The notes under the pieces: generated by a model
Seen by the model: only the letters and a program-made list of their open reading frames with translations
Databases searched by the model: none
Told to the model about the DNA's origin: nothing
Part shown: piece after piece, positions 1 to 10,616 of the stretch
Numbering within the stretch: the first letter of the stretch is position 1
Layout: every line of letters starts with the position of its first letter
Assembly: GCA_002633005.1 (NCBI GenBank)
Contig: NMRA01000066.1
Coordinates: 124,001 to 188,000, forward strand
Direction: 5' to 3'
Length of the DNA: 64,000 bases
Source of the DNA: Phoronis australis
Taxonomy: Eukaryota; Animalia; Phoronida
Position numbers and translations under genes: made by a program

Positions 1-884
1 ACAGAAGAAAAACTATGCACATGACCCTATAAAGATGACAGTGGCTGTTTGCAGCTGAAGCATAACTGTCCATTGTCACCATGAATTCTTGCGTCTTGCA
101 AAAAATTACACCACAACAAGACTTGGGAGGCAGGAATTATGAGGCTACATCAATGGAGTTTCATGACTTGTGAAAGGACATTTACGTCAAGTTCATTTCC
201 TCATTCTGAGAAAGCAGAGGATTGTGTTTGAATTGGATGCAGTTTCTGCATTTGCTACCAAGGTTGGATAATCTTTCCGATTTAGCTGTTGAGCATTCCT
301 CTATCGGATTCCAATCCATAAACCGGATCCTTCCGTCAAAGAAACTAACGCTATTAAACTAGTCTTAAATTGCTCCTTAATCAAGACTAGAGGACTTGAG
401 ACCATAGTAAAAAGTGAAAGTTCGTCAGTGCTTGAGACCAAGCTCGGGCAGTACATTGACACGTTATGACAAGCCAACTTATAGAACTTGGTTTCCAGCA
501 GTAATCATCTGCCAGTTCTTACGTGCCCAGAGGTCCACTCTAATCAGGGTAAGGAGCAAGTTGAGACAACTTTCATGATCGTCAACGATCCAAATAAATA
601 GGTATTTTTTCCAACAGAAGGAGGATTTATACACATTTTATGTCGCATTATAAACTTACTTGTAACAGTGAAAACACTTTGCCACTTTACTTTATATAAA
701 AACACACGACTTAGTCAACATCCTAGTGGGTACAATCCATTTATCATTCCTCATAATTCCTCACCATGTGTTACGAGGCGCATTATTCACCACTGTTAAA
801 CAGCCTAGACTGTCCCTCCTGTTCAGATGCTCACACAGAAGCAACTTACCAAGTGAACAAATCTGTACATTATAAGAGAGAGGG

Positions 885-887
<3 letters not shown>

Positions 888-914
<27 letters not shown>
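888..914. repeat. (GA)n microsatellite
   Basis: Uninterrupted GA run in an ENOX intron. Confidence 0.95.
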
Positions 915-915
<1 letters not shown>

Positions 916-3019
916 TCGAGTGTGCAGTCCCTTTGTATGACACCAGGTAAGTGAATGAGATGAACTGATCAGCTCACATTCCAATCAGTCAGGACATTAG
1001 CAATGCAAGATTTAGGTTTAGGTTTAGTCTTAACCAAACAGTTTCTTCAAAACCAACACGATCATTAGTCAAAACTTGACAACAATGCTTAGTACATGCT
1101 ATTTATTACCAACAATCCAAAATACAAGCAGAGTACTCACTTGATCTCTCTCCAAAGGGACACAAAATGCTTGATTGTATCGGCGCAGTTTCAGAACCAT
1201 GCGACTGTATATGAAATCATGCCTCTTTTTCAAAAAAGCCTTTTTGCTCAGGTGCATGGGCCTAATATGCTTCACTTATAGGTACAGGTGCCTATCATTG
1301 GCATGGGCACATGGCTGAGAAAATGTGATTTCTCTGGACACTTTTCACTTTAAATGGCAATAAAATTGCCTCCATCACAAAAACAACTTTTGATTTAGTA
1401 TGAAATTGGTCTCAAATTGTTGCTTAGTCAAATCAGATGTGACTTCAGGACTTCCAAAGAATTCGCACACCAGGCTTTACAAGTTTTATATGCAAAGCAG
1501 GGTCACAAGGAGTAATAAATTGACAGTTATTTGCAAGGCTAGCCATACCTGTCCATCTGAGTAAGGAACAAGTTTGAGACCAATTGTGCAGCGATAATTG
1601 GCCTCAAATCAAAAGTTGGTTTCTTGGGGTAACCTGCATCAATAACCAATCCAAAAAATTAAATAAATATTAAATTGAGAATGTTTCAACTTCATTTTGT
1701 GGAGGATAAGTCAAGGTACACTTAAATAGCGTCGCTATATCAACACGGTTTTGATATTTGCTCTACATGTGCTTCCCGCATAGATGCATACATCCAATTC
1801 CGAATATAGTATCAGGCACAACTTCACATAGAGGCGAATGGGCCTAAGTACTCGCATATACAGTACCCACAGTTATTACAAGGTTAGGATAATACTCATA
1901 AATTTGTTGACCCCAGGACTGTCACATCAGCGCACGTTTGTATAACGCATCTTCAAAGAGATGGAATACTATACCTACCCAGGCCACTCTTAACCCGAAC
2001 TTCCTGTCCTGGTAACACACCATACGTTTGAGAAGACATTTTACCTGTTACGCAATAACTATCATCACTTCGGGTTCACCTCTCACATGGTCTGGGGACG
2101 CCTCATAATAAGAAGGGTTGCATGACCGGAAGACTAAACACTCCGGTCACTGGACAAAGAAATAGCTGAACTTGAGAGAACTGACCACGAGGCAATGATT
2201 ATTGATGCAAAATGGTCTTTTTGCACCAACAAAAGAAATGCTACGTGGACAGAACGGCGAAAACTGGTTGTTGAAAGTGTAGCGTAAAACTGAACTGTTA
2301 GAAGTAAATAAGGAACGACAGTGTAGACGACAAAGAGACAACGCAGAAGAGAAAATCAAAGCAGGTGTGAAAGACAATGAGAAAGTTCATGCACTTATAC
2401 ATTTCTTAAGAAAAGACATAGCAGTAAAATGGCCGATGCTCTAGTGATAAATATCTTCAATAACATACCGACAGATGTTGAGCGATGATACCCCCTGAAT
2501 TACTATGACCCTTTCAGAGTACTTTAATAGTATGTATGAATATATCTTTTTCAATAAGAAGTGGAAAATATGTTGCAAACATTTTGTCCCGTCAGCACAC
2601 CATCTTTTTAGTCACATCACGTAACCTAATGAATATAAGTCCGAAAAGATTTATGCCCCCAACCGGGAATCAAAGCCAGGACCTTCTGCTAATAGTAGTT
2701 GAAAAATACCGTGTACAAATTCAATGTACAATGAAGCCTGTCTCTATCCGTGACTGTGAAGTGTCTACTTCAGCATAGTCACAAATTAAAACAGACTTTA
2801 AAAAAGTATTGACATGTGCCAGACTAACGCTTGCAAGCCTCGCTATAACAATACTACTACAAGTTTCTTTTGAATTGCCAATGCACAAAAATAACCTCCT
2901 TACTCTAACAAGAANCAATTGGAGACTGCCTTTACCAGCAGTCACTCCAGCGACCGCTCGCACCCCAGTCCTTCCTCTAGATCCTGCCTGAATGCTCAAC
3001 TAATCACATGACTACTTAC

Positions 3020-3232
3020 GTTGACGTAAGACACCCTCCATTCTCTTGCGGAACAGCTCCTTCATCTGCAACAGCTCGTCCTCGTGGACACTCTTTTCGT
3101 TCATCAATCGGCGAACGTGCGAGTTTACCGACTGGATCATGCTGTAGAATCGGTTGGCCGATCTCTGGCTGCATTCACCACGATCCAGCCACGTGACCAG
3201 CACCTGGGCTGCACGCATGAATGTCGAGTCGT
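3020..3232 (-). CDS. ENOX: ENOX-like coding exon 7
   Basis: TWLDRGECSQRSANRFYSMIQSVNSHVRRL; ttcag acceptor, gtaagt donor. Confidence 0.93.
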
Positions 3233-6200
3233 CTGAACAGAGAGGGCAGGGAAATAAATAATGGCGAATACAAAGTCATGCAAACGTGTACAACATCAGG
3301 ATGTTGCCATGTAGACACTTTAATGCTATAATATTAGTCAGTACAACTTAAGTCTAATTTTTAACTCTAAACATTAATGTAGTTTTTTTATTACCAACAG
3401 TGAACAAGCAACATGTGTTTTGATGCTAACCACTATAAAGAACTCCAAGAGTTTAGTATATGCTTCTGTTTATGAGCAAATCAACTGCATGCTCTTGATG
3501 ATGTTTAAAGGTGTGTACCTGTCGTACACTAGGAACTAAAGTCCTGGAAACTTTAAATAAAACATCATTACACGATTTCAAGACTGTTACACACTGCAAC
3601 TATAATACAATTTTCAAAAATCTAACCCCCAGAAAAACCTGGAATATTTCCAAATTATCCTATACAGCTGAATAACATCATCCTTTTAACAAAAAATTAA
3701 ATCGACTTCAGACCAAAACTCTACCTTTCAGTTTTTCAGATAAAGATGAGGCCTCGTGCTCTGAATAGTGAACAACAGCAGGAGGGCTGGGGCCTCGCAG
3801 TCTGCTCTCTTCTGCGCGTTGACGGTGCCGCTGTTCTCGCGCCAGTGCCCTCTGTTGACACTCATATTCGTAATAGTCGTCTCGAGCCTCTGCATAGTCC
3901 ACATGTAAACGACCTGTACTGGGTTTGTCATCCTTGTCACCAATCTTCATCCGGTAACCTGGGTGGAATAACAACATAATTGACCTTTTCACACCAGGGG
4001 CCGGGGGTCTAAGTTCCAAACTGCACATCAAACTCGAAATCGTGTTTCACATTTTCCGCAATTTGGTCACCTTAGATTCGAGTTACAAACTTAATGTGTA
4101 AAACCTTGAAATTTCAAGTAAAAACTAGAGATTTCGAGTTCAGGCTTGAAATTATAACTTTAAGTCTTAAGTCATCAAGTGCAACCTTGGATTTGATAGT
4201 CATCCACATAAACCATAATGTACAGAACAATAGACACCCATCTTGAGTTTGCACAAAAACAGAAAATAATGTCAAGAATAATTTCGAGTTCGATTTCGGT
4301 CTGGCTGGTTTGTGGCATAAATGCTACACGTTTAGGCTAAAAACTTGACTCTGTAACATATTTGTTACAAGGATGCGACTTTTTGATATTCGCAAACTTA
4401 CCTTCTCCCTGAACAAGACCACTAATCAAGGTGTGAGACAACTAGGTAAAAGTTCAATAATATACCGTAATCGTTCGGGTTAACGCCCTGGGCGGTTAAA
4501 TTGGCGAACCAAAAAAATCGAGGGAGGGCGGTTAACCGAGCAATGGGCGGTTAAATCGAAAATCCACCTAAAGTAGGGGATGGGCGGTTAACCGAACATG
4601 GGCGCTTATTACGACAGTCAACCGCCCTGGCGATTTAAATCCCGACACGACACTCATACTCGGAACGCGTAGCCCTTTTCAAAGAGCTTCATCGTCACGT
4701 CACCAAATGACTGTGAAAACGTCATAACAGCGGATGATCCCAACAAAGGTTCTCTTGCCCTCAGATTAGTCATTCACTATAAAATTTACAAAATTGCTGA
4801 GTAATAGCCCCGTGCCGTTCTGCGGTGCGCAGACGACCAGTGACTACGAAGCCTCTACTTGAATTAAAACTGTTTCAAGATGTGACCCTGCTTAAGTGCG
4901 CGCGTGCAAGCTTCACGTGTTGCAGAGGTCAGGCATCAAATTTATGGTCTCGTACTATATGTAGCTGTCAAATTCTGAGTCAGAGAGCAGTTTTAAAATT
5001 GGTTGTAATAAAAGTTTGAAAAACTTAAATCTGCTGTTTTTTTTGTGTTTGGGATGTTATAGTCGACACTCCGTGACACAATGACATTTTCAGCGTATGG
5101 TTCTGCGGCTAGCTGTCTTATCTCGACAGCCCGGCATTGCTCTCTTGCCGTTGCGCCAAACAAGTTATGCAAAGAAGTAAGACAAGGATCGGGGGTGGTC
5201 GAGCCAGTCGTCGATCAAGAATAAAATTTCAAGCAAATGCATAAATATGTTACAAAATGTCAGAAAACAGCAATGTTTCAATTCATTATTCTAAACGATC
5301 TCCTTACCAAACTTCGTGGTGGAAAAANNNNNNNNNNNNNNNNNNNNNNNNNNNNNNNNNNNNNNNNNNNNNNNNNNNNNNNNNNNNNNNNNNNNNNNNN
5401 NNNNNNNNNNNNNNNNNNNNNNNNNNNNNNNNNNNNNNNNNNNNNNNNNNNNNNNNNNNNNNNNNNNNNNNNNNNNNNNNNNNNNNNNNNNNNNNNNNNN
5501 NNNNNNNNNNNNNNNNNNNNNNNNNNNNNNNNNNNNNNNNNNNNNNNNNNNNNNNNNNNNNNNNNNNNNNNNNNNNNNNNNNNNNNNNNNNNNNNTTTGA
5601 ATTCAGAAATCGACAGGCAGCAACGAAATCGGTAACCCAGTAAGGCACTTGTACTGTCCCTTCGGTCGCCCCGCATCCTCTATAACCCGGCAGTTATATT
5701 CGTCAAAATATTGAGAATTTGACGTCTTTCCGTGAGTTGTGAGATTTGTTCAAAATACGAGAGCTTCCCACCTTAATAGAATTTGGAGGGTTGGCAAAAC
5801 CATTGTCACATTTCTCTGGCCTGATTTTTTCGAATATATGTTTTATCTAGTGCACTGCAGACGGAAACTCAGTGCGGCAGACAAAGTCGCTGAAAGCGGA
5901 GGTTTTGACGCCGGCGGCGTTCTTAAACTTTGCAAACAAGGGAAGAAAATAAAGTGACAAAAAGGTTCAAGTATTTTGAAGTGAGTTCATGACCCAAGAC
6001 AATAGCTCTTTACCTGTATTGTGATTCAGATTGCTAAACCACCGTATCGGAGTCCCGGCGTCGTTGCACTCATTGTGATCATCGATCTTTTTCTAAAAGT
6101 CGGGGAATCGCGCGTTTCCTTAGCACTAGCCGCTAAATCTTCATTCTTTAAAAGTCGGGGTGAGCGCTTAACCGAGAGGTGGGAGCTTAACTGGAACTAT

Positions 6201-9200
6201 TAAAAAATCGGGGGAGGGCGGTTAACCGAGCAGTGGGCGGTTAAATCGGAAATCCACTTAAAGTCAGGGATGGGCGGTTAACTGAACATGGGCGTTAACC
6301 CAAACGATTACGGTATGGGCAATGAGAAGGTGCTTAAAGAGCCAACAATGTTGACTGACATGAGGAGGCGAGTCAATAGTCAATAGGAATTTACCAGGTT
6401 CCAGTTTTATATAGAGACTATGGAAAAGTCTGTCACTAGAGAAGCATTTCGCAACGAAATCAAAAACAGGAAGTCCACGTTAGCGTTTCACACGAGCCAC
6501 ACGAAAACTCACCGGACAAAAACAGCGCCCTCTCGACACAATCACAGGTCTCATAGCGAATGTGGGCGAAGTTCTTCTTGCTGACACGAATGCTTACTAC
6601 GGGGCCCATTTGATCAAACACGTCCCTTAAGATGTCCTCGGTGCAGGTCTCCGGCAATCCCCCCACAAAGATGGTTCGACAGCCTGGAGGTCGCTCCCTA
6701 GTGGACGGAGGAGGTGCATCTGCAAAGAATGACAAGTTACGGCTCATAACAAGTCTACCATTAATAGTTACGTGACTTTGATGTTGTATACAGAGTAATT
6801 ATGAAATCATAGGTGATAATGATCTGAATGGTGAAATCTGTTGTACACGAGAAGAAATGGACTGCACTAATATATAATAAAGATGGCATATCTAGCATAA
6901 AACCAATTCGTTTTACCACAGTTTTCGAAAGGGCTCCTAATAAGACGACACAAACTAAACCTGAGAAGATGGTTCAGTAAGACAGAAACCGATAGATTGT
7001 CATGAGATAACTATATGTAAAACATTGGATTTGAAAATTAAATTTCATTGCAAGTTTGCAAAACTCCACTCAAGAAATTCATGAAGAATTTTTCAGAAAT
7101 AAATGTTAATAACCATGCAATGGACTGGAATAGGGGCTGAAGACCAATTCCAGTAGTACTCACTAGGTGGCGGTGGCACCAGTGTACACTCCTTGCAGTG
7201 AATCACTTCCTTTGGCGGAGGTTGCATACCCATTGGGGGCATGGGGCCCACAAAACCTGGATACTACAAGAACAAGGTGAAAATGCATTAAGAGAGTTGT
7301 GTGATAGAGGACTTTTTCGTCTAGGGCTACGTTTGGCAAGTGTTATATTACGCTGTTAAGCATCGGGAAATATCAGCTAGACTTCAGAACACTAAACTTG
7401 ATCAAAAGTTTTCAAAACCTGGGATATAAAAGCAATTAATATAGCGAACGTTTGTAAAACATTAACATAGAGCTGAAAGTGCAATGGGTTCTAATAACAT
7501 AACGATGATGACATAACGTAAAAAAATCTTTGTTCTCAGATTTATAAAGATATTATGTAGTGGGAGTACATTTTGGGGACACCCCGTAGATTAGCTAATC
7601 CTTTGTGCGAAACATCCTCAACACATGGTCGCTGCATTAACACTGAAATGACTCTCACCACCTAATACACAAACTATAAATCAGGTTACACAGTCATCCT
7701 CAAGTTATCTGTGATGTCGCCAGATATTTATGAGCCAACAACCGTCCCACAATGCATTTGAAAAAGGAGAGGTGTAGCACCATACATGTAATCGACTGAA
7801 CTAACATTGTTCGACTCTGTGCTTGATCTTAAGTTGAGAGCAAAGACTGAAAACAAGTTGGACTGGCAATTTCAGTGATAAAGGTTCGATAATTTGCAAC
7901 TTGGACAGGCATAAACAATTATTTTTTGGTACCTACCTGCCCAAAAGGGGCCATTAACCCCATCATGGAAGGGTCTCCCATCATGGGGTTGAAGCCCATC
8001 CCTCCAGGGATGAGCCCCGGACCTAGCATCGGAGGCATTCCATTCATGTCCTGATTGGATGACGATACTGGATCAGGCGCTGTAGGAAAAAAAGAAATCA
8101 TCAAGACAAAGCCACGCAGTAAGCTGATATACAAGTCATTAGCATGAATTTCTTTGCAAAAGTTCAAAAGCTTTTCTGGGGATAATCACATACAAAAATT
8201 CGGGTCAATTTGAACTGTAACCGCTTTGTTCCCCAATCTTGGGTCCACGAACTTTAACGCGAAGTGCCAGACTATAGACCTTCATTTCCTCTCCCAGAAA
8301 CTTACTGCCGTTCTTCTCCAAATCCATGTCTTTGACCTCTTGAATGTCACCCATGATGGTCATGGGTGGTTTGCCTTTGTTCTTGTTGAACTGCAGTGGC
8401 TGATCGTTCATCATTGGGTTCATGGACGACATGCCCCCTGGCATGCCTGGGGGCAAATGTCGAGACTGGTGAGCCCCTATGGCTGTGAACAAACAAGGCA
8501 AGTACGTAACATATGATGAAAGCTTGAGGGTCAACAACCACCTCCCGGATTTAGCTCTCCTGTTTTAGGAGGTAGGAAAAACACATTGTGTGATTGATCC
8601 AGTTTTTGTACAGTAGGCCAGTTGACACACTTCAGAGTCAAGCCAGGACAAGTGAATGGCGATTCATTATATCTCACTTGGTTTTTAAAAATTTTTAAAT
8701 GTGCTTTGCAACTCAGTAAGTAACAAGAAAAACTTTATTAGCAACAGAATGACGAGTGCCAAGCGACTGTATTGTGAAACTCAGGGGCAAGTGCCTTACG
8801 GATGCGCAGGGTTGTGGCCACAGCAGAATCAGATTGGGAATGGTGGTATTCTAGTAAGTGACTATCCCTGTCGTTTCAGCAACTGTTTCTCTGATAATTA
8901 ATAACACCTCACAATATCGACGGCCTCCCAACTAAGTACTTGTTATCGTGATATTTTTAACGACGATCTGATAATAAAAGCACACTAAAAGATCTCCAAT
9001 TTAGGACAAACACAAGTGCTGAAACTTCATCATTGACATTTTGATAGTAAACAGTTTAACTTCATTGCTGCTCCCACATGTTTAAAACTTTATGAAAATT
9101 AATGAGAACTTTACTGTAATATCTTTGCTATAAACAAGTAAATCTTTCTTTATGATATTGTTCTTGAGAAATGAATTTTCAAGTGGTTGCTATGTGGTGT

Positions 9201-9591
9201 CCTGAACCGATGCCAACTTAACTCTTTTTTGTCAAAAATAGTAAACAGTTCCCCAAAGGTTTTTTCAACCAAAAAAATAAATACTTGGTATACGACTTAG
9301 TGGCACATGTACTAGTAGTTAGAGCTTAATTGCGAAATAGTCACTTGAATTTGCGTTAAGAGAGCATTATCAAATTAAAACACAACTCTAAAAAAATCAA
9401 ACATCGCTAAAATGAAACAAAAAATGGGGATCCCTCATGTTCAAAGAGGAGTACAAAACAACTTATCGATGTGAAACTTAACTTCACAATGTTAGACTCC
9501 CCACAAATGTTCGTAAGAACTAGTTTCAAATGCACATTTACTTACCTGGATTGCCAATGTTGAGCCCCAAGAACTGATACGGAGATCCCAT
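3020..9591 (-). CDS. ENOX: ENOX1/ENOX2-like (ecto-NOX disulfide-thiol exchanger family) RRM protein, 5' part; 7 coding exons, gene continues beyond the left window edge
   Basis: Exons 9591-9546, 8482-8306, 8079-7937, 7263-7164, 6719-6513, 3958-3725 and 3232-3020 all have GT-AG boundaries with compatible phases. The translation contains ENOX hallmarks KEVIHCKECTLVPPPPNAPPPSTRERPPGCRTIFVGGLPE, GRLHVDYAEARDDYYEYECQQRALAREQRHR and TWLDRGECSQRSANRFYSMIQSVNSHVRRLMNEK. Confidence 0.93.
3725..3958 (-). CDS. ENOX: ENOX-like coding exon 6
   Basis: GYRMKIG...GRLHVDYAEARDD...PSPPAVVHYSEHEA; cccag acceptor, gtagag donor. Confidence 0.93.
4465..6313. mobile_element. Non-autonomous Tc2/pogo-like (Tc1/mariner) DNA transposon in an ENOX intron
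   Basis: TIRs CCGTAATCGTTCGGGTTAACGCCC / GGGCGTTAACCCAAACGATTACGG (1 mismatch), TA on both flanks, many subterminal GGGCGGTTAA copies. Spans the N gap. Confidence 0.85.
5328..5595. other. Assembly gap
   Basis: N run. Confidence 1.
6513..6719 (-). CDS. ENOX: ENOX-like coding exon 5 (RRM)
   Basis: RERPPGCRTIFVGGLPE...KKNFAHIRY; tttgcag acceptor, gtgagt donor. Confidence 0.93.
7164..7263 (-). CDS. ENOX: ENOX-like coding exon 4 (YPGFVGPMPPMGMQPPPKEVIHCKECTLVPPPP)
   Basis: cttgtag acceptor, gtgagt donor; conserved KEVIHCKxCTL motif; too short for the ORF track. Confidence 0.9.
7937..8079 (-). CDS. ENOX: ENOX-like coding exon 3 (Met/Pro/Gly-rich)
   Basis: ttcctacag acceptor, cag|gtaggt donor, phase 1-0. 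Confidence 0.82.
8306..8482 (-). CDS. ENOX: ENOX-like coding exon 2 (Met/Pro/Gly-rich)
   Basis: ttcacag acceptor, gtaagt donor, 177 nt open, phase 1-1. Confidence 0.8.
9546..9591 (-). CDS. ENOX: ENOX-like coding exon 1 (MGSPYQFLGLNIGNP)
   Basis: aagATGG start, CAG|GTAAGT donor, phase 1 fits the next exon. Acceptor-like sites just upstream (9611-9625) imply a further non-coding exon. Confidence 0.7.
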
Positions 9592-10159
9592 CTTCTCTAC
9601 AGCTTAACACCTACAACAGAGCTGGAAGGAATTAAATACAATGATGGCCTCCTAAGGTGTCCCTCTATGTGCAAAAGGTATTTATGACAGCGTGACTTTG
9701 ATGTTTTAGTCAGGGTGGAGCATAACTCGCAGAAGAGCTTCCAGCATATGAAGTTCCTACAAGAGCTCTACCGTCTCTACTGGGGCCACCTAGAGACGGT
9801 GATCACTGTCTAGGAAAATCGTGGAGCAGCCTCAGAAATATTGTTTGGTTGGGTTAGTTAGTGAAATCCTGTACTTTGACATCAAGTCCAAGATCCAGTA
9901 ACATGAATTCCATGGTTCACCGGAGAAGGTATGGAAGTCAGCTCAGTTTCCAGTTCTCAGTAACTGGTCGTTGTAATGGCAGTCATTAGAGCTTGATGGA
10001 ATAGGGAATTTGCACAATTTTGTGACGTGCTAGAATTTATTTGGCCAGTTTTTACCCACGGCCACGGCCACATCGGTCGGCTTCAGTTCGGCGTAGTAGC
10101 CTTGCGGAAAGAACTCAGCATCAAGGCAATTTACTAGGGGAGAAAACGCAATTGGCGCA

Positions 10160-10576
10160 GTTACCTAAAAGTCTGGAAAATTAAAAACAAAACATGCAAA
10201 CTATGGAGAAAAACTTGTAAAAATTTACCAAAACTGTGCATCAACTATGGCGATCTTCTCCTTGATAAGCACCCTCTGTTGTCAAAATTATAAATTGAAC
10301 CCAAAGTTTCAAAACCTTTTCGGGTAAAAAATCTGTTGTGTATTTGGGTGCTCTCATTTTGTTACTTGTTTGGTTTATTCCAGCATTATTGCATAGAAGA
10401 ATTTGATCAGACAACCCGAAACCTTCTCAAGTAGCAGCCAACTCTTTAGGCTTTGAAGGAATAGAAGTTTGTTTCTCAAAATGGCGACTTCCTTGCGGTG
10501 CTTTTTATTACATATTTTTAAACTTTAGTGCTTTTTATTGAGGAAATTTGTTGTAAAACTTATTAAAGTAATCGAA
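10160..10576. promoter_or_regulatory. Putative bidirectional promoter/5' UTR region shared by ENOX-like and DIS3
   Basis: Divergent ATGs 986 bp apart. YY1-type CAAAATGGCG at 10477-10486 with adjacent ACTTCC. Minus-strand donor-like AG|GTAAC near 10161-10166. Confidence 0.6.
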
Positions 10577-10616
10577 ATGCTCAAAACAAAGACGTTTATC
10601 AAGAAAACCAAAAAAG
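10577..10616 (+). CDS. DIS3: DIS3 coding exon 1
   Basis: [13 protein letters not shown]; AAG|GTAACT donor. Confidence 0.92.

Noticed and set aside
1204-1864. Possible MITE bounded by ACTGTATATG / CATATACAGT
   Set aside because: Only a 10-bp inverted match and no convincing TSD.
1-3019. Further ENOX exons (expected KAWDHF motif)
   Set aside because: Not found; a pyrimidine tract at the very window edge suggests the next exon lies just outside.
5237-5676. ORFs spanning the first N gap (and 58803-59353 at the second)
   Set aside because: Artefacts of N runs lacking stop codons.
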